A DNA stretch of 61,873 nucleotides from Clostridiaceae bacterium. Lineage in GTDB: Bacteria > Bacillota > Clostridia > CAYPLH01 > DUMO01. The stretch lies in contig DUMO01000005.1 of NCBI GenBank assembly GCA_012839865.1, positions 1 through 61,873 of the forward strand. The letters run 5' to 3'. A program made the position numbers and the translations under genes. The notes under the pieces are model-generated. The model was not told where the DNA came from and did no database searches. It saw nothing but the letters and a program-made list of their open reading frames with translations. Positions 59,439 to 61,873 of the stretch are shown piece by piece. How positions within the stretch are numbered: the stretch's first letter is position 1; every line of letters starts with the position of its first letter.

Positions 59439-60719
59439 ATGGATATAAGAATTATTGAATATAAAAACCTTAATGAAAAAATTTATGTATATGAGCATAA
59501 AAGCGGACTTTCGGCCTTTGTCGTGCCCAAGAAGGGTTATTCAAAGAAATTTGCCACCTATGCGACCAATTATGGCTCTGTTAACAGCGAGTTTATTATA
59601 CCCGGTGAAAATAATATAACCCGGGTTCCGGAAGGAATTGCCCACTTTTTGGAGCATAAGCTGTTTGATCAGGAGGATGGCAGCATAATGGACAAATTTT
59701 CCGAACTTGGGGCTGATCCGAATGCATACACGGGCTTTAACCAGACAGTCTATCTGTTTTCCTGTACGGACCGGTTTAATGAAAACTTCAACCTTTTGCT
59801 GAGGTTTGTCCAAAATCCATATTTGACTGATGAAAGCATTGAAAAAGAAAGGGGCATTATTGGCCAGGAAATAAAAATGTACCAGGACCACCCGGACTGG
59901 AGGGTATTTTTCAATTACCTGGGAGCCCTGTATCATAACATGCCGGTAAAAATTGATATTGCAGGAACCATAGAAAGCATATCCAAAATAGATAAGAAGA
60001 CATTGTTAACCTGCTACAATACATTCTATCACCCCTCAAATATGATAATACTTGTAGTAGGGGACGTTGATCCCGACGATATCTTTAACAAGGTTGAAAG
60101 CAGCATTAAAACAAAGGAAAGCAGGTCTGAAATAAAACGAATATTCCCACAGGAACCGGAAACAGTCAATGAAAAATATGTAGAGTTGAGCATGCCGGTA
60201 TCGACACCTCAGTTTCAAATGGGTTTTAAAGACAAAGCCGGATTTCGAGGCAAAGCCCTGCTGGAAAGAGAAGTTGCCGTGGATATGCTGCTCGAGATGA
60301 TTGTGGGAAAAAGCTCGGAATTGTACGATAGTTTATATAATGAAGGATTAATAAACAGCACTTTCAGTTTTGACTATATGATAGAAGAAGACTATGCACA
60401 TTCCATTATTGGCGGAGAATCCAAGGACCCCATCAAGGTAAGAGACAGAATTGCCGCTCAGATTGAAAATATTAAGGCAAAGGGGCTTGACCGTTCTGTC
60501 TTTGAAAGAATCAAGCGGTCAAAATATGGACGGTTTTTGAGACAATTGAACTCTGTGGAGAATATTTCCTATTTCTTTATTTCAGTTTATTTTAAAGGTG
60601 CATATGTGTTTGATTATGCTCAGATATATGATAAAATAACTTTTGAATACGTAAATGAGGTATTCAATGATCATTTTGATTTGGAGAAACTTGCACTATC
60701 AGTAGTAAAGCCTGTATAG
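59439..60719 (+). CDS. M16-family zinc peptidase (YmfH-like)
   Basis: GIAHFLEHKLF (HxxEH), NAYTG, EKERGIIGQEIKMY. Confidence 0.9.
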   Translation: MDIRIIEYKNLNEKIYVYEHKSGLSAFVVPKKGYSKKFATYATNYGSVNSEFIIPGENNITRVPEGIAHFLEHKLFDQEDGSIMDKFSELGADPNAYTGFNQTVYLFSCTDRFNENFNLLLRFVQNPYLTDESIEKERGIIGQEIKMYQDHPDWRVFFNYLGALYHNMPVKIDIAGTIESISKIDKKTLLTCYNTFYHPSNMIILVVGDVDPDDIFNKVESSIKTKESRSEIKRIFPQEPETVNEKYVELSMPVSTPQFQMGFKDKAGFRGKALLEREVAVDMLLEMIVGKSSELYDSLYNEGLINSTFSFDYMIEEDYAHSIIGGESKDPIKVRDRIAAQIENIKAKGLDRSVFERIKRSKYGRFLRQLNSVENISYFFISVYFKGAYVFDYAQIYDKITFEYVNEVFNDHFDLEKLALSVVKPV

Positions 60720-60729
60720 GGGGAGAAAA

Positions 60730-61873
60730 ATGAACATAATAGAATTTCCGAAATTAGGCATAAGCCTTGACATTGATCCAGTAATCTTTTCCTTCGGGAA
60801 AATCAATGTATACTGGTATGGGGTTTTTATTGCAATAGCTTTTGTATTGGCTGTTATTTTTGCCCTGAGGGACAGCAAAAAGTTTGGCGTGGATGAAGAA
60901 ACCCTTATAGATGCAATACTATTTGCTGCACCTGTTGCAATAATTTTTTCAAGATTGTATTATGTGGTCTTCAGTTGGTCTGAGTTCAAAGACAACCCGT
61001 CTGAGATTTTCAAGATATGGCATGGCGGCCTGGCAATATATGGGGCAATAATCGGTGCTTTTCTCACAACAATGGTTTTTTGCAAGATCCGAAAGCTTAA
61101 TATGTGGAAAATGTTTGACATTGCCGCTCCTTATATCTTAATGGCCCAGGCTATCGGACGATGGGGAAATTTCATCAACCAGGAGGCTTTTGGCGGAAAT
61201 ACTTCTCTTCCCTGGGGAATGACCGGCAACAAAATTGCAAGTCAGCTGAAAATTTACCAGATTCAAGGAATTAATGTGGATCCGGCTCTTCCGGTTCACC
61301 CCACATTCCTCTATGAGTCCCTCTGGAACTTTGCTGCTTTTGGTTTTCTATTATGGTTCAGAAAGCATAAAAAGCTGGATGGAGAAGTGACTTTTCTATA
61401 TATGGTTTTATATGGATTCGGAAGGTTCTGGATTGAAGGCTTGAGGCTGGACAGTCTTTGGCTTGGCCCCTTCAGGATATCACAACTTTTGGCTGCGGTG
61501 TTTGTGGTTGCTTTTTCAGCACTTATTTATTTTAGGAGAAAGAGATTCGAAAGTCTGGAAGTTGAAACTGCAGAAATTGGCTCCAGTGAATATGGAAATA
61601 TTCTCAGGAAACTGAATGAAGAGACGGATAGCATCGTTGAAGATGCCGCAGAGGATTTTGAGGAAACAGAAGATAGAGATACCGGCAGTCTGGAAGACGC
61701 GGATGAAGCGGTTGAGGAGGAAACCTGCGACCTGAAAGATGCAGGTGAAGCAGTTGAAGACGCAACCAGCGAGAAGGAAGATACCGGTGAAGCCGGTGAA
61801 AGTGAAGCAGGAGACTCTGAAGATGCCGGTGAAGCAGATGCAAGTGAAACAGGGGACTCTGAAGATATCAGTG
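60730..61873 (+). CDS. lgt: Prolipoprotein diacylglyceryl transferase with an acidic repeat tail (runs off the window; not in the ORF track)
   Basis: Translated by hand: VYWYG, RLYYV, WHGGLAIYG, QAIGRWGNFINQEAFG, HPTFLYES; no stop before the window end. Confidence 0.95.
   Translation, partial: MNIIEFPKLGISLDIDPVIFSFGKINVYWYGVFIAIAFVLAVIFALRDSKKFGVDEETLIDAILFAAPVAIIFSRLYYVVFSWSEFKDNPSEIFKIWHGGLAIYGAIIGAFLTTMVFCKIRKLNMWKMFDIAAPYILMAQAIGRWGNFINQEAFGGNTSLPWGMTGNKIASQLKIYQIQGINVDPALPVHPTFLYESLWNFAAFGFLLWFRKHKKLDGEVTFLYMVLYGFGRFWIEGLRLDSLWLGPFRISQLLAAVFVVAFSALIYFRRKRFESLEVETAEIGSSEYGNILRKLNEETDSIVEDAAEDFEETEDRDTGSLEDADEAVEEETCDLKDAGEAVEDATSEKEDTGEAGESEAGDSEDAGEADASETGDSEDIS
61693..61873 (+). repeat. 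42-bp (14-aa) coding tandem repeat in the Lgt tail
   Basis: Units at 61693, 61735, 61777, 61819 and 61861: EDADEAVEEETCDL / KDAGEAVEDATSEK / EDTGEAGESEAGDS / EDAGEADASETGDS / EDIS... Confidence 0.85.

Overview
This is a 61.9-kb chromosomal window from a low-GC, spore-forming Clostridia (inferred from the sspH-type gene, the polC-type replicase and clostridial gene order). Bases 1-30.3 kb are mixed accessory DNA: an AraC-linked sugar ABC locus with two tandem GH3 genes, a HAD-like gene and an amidohydrolase; lipBA; prs; a MotA-like/MotB-like/TPR operon; dinB; a NitT/TauT-type ABC system; sspH; and tRNA-Lys(CTT). Bases 31.5-61.9 kb are mostly conserved core genes (rpsB-tsf-pyrH-frr-uppS-cdsA-dxr-rseP-ispG, polC, rimP-nusA-ylxR-ylxQ-infB-rbfA-nrnA-truB-ribF, a ymfF/ymfH-like pair, lgt). 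The most interesting observations are: (1) a ZorA/ZorB-like ion-motor pair whose third gene is a TPR protein rather than a known Zorya effector; (2) a ~200-bp IS200/IS605 relic that keeps both end hairpins and only the last ~50 codons of tnpB, i.e. the omega/reRNA region; (3) four copies of a TG...CA-ended, MITE-like palindromic repeat in long and short forms; (4) a sigmaF-type promoter driving a candidate CsfG-like sRNA with C-rich loops; (5) an in-frame TGA that splits the sugar-binding lipoprotein; and (6) hairpin-bearing degenerate intergenic tandem repeats of ~62 and ~66 bp. No CRISPR array, rRNA, prophage or intact transposase was seen. All family assignments come from motif recognition by eye; no searches or folding programs were run.
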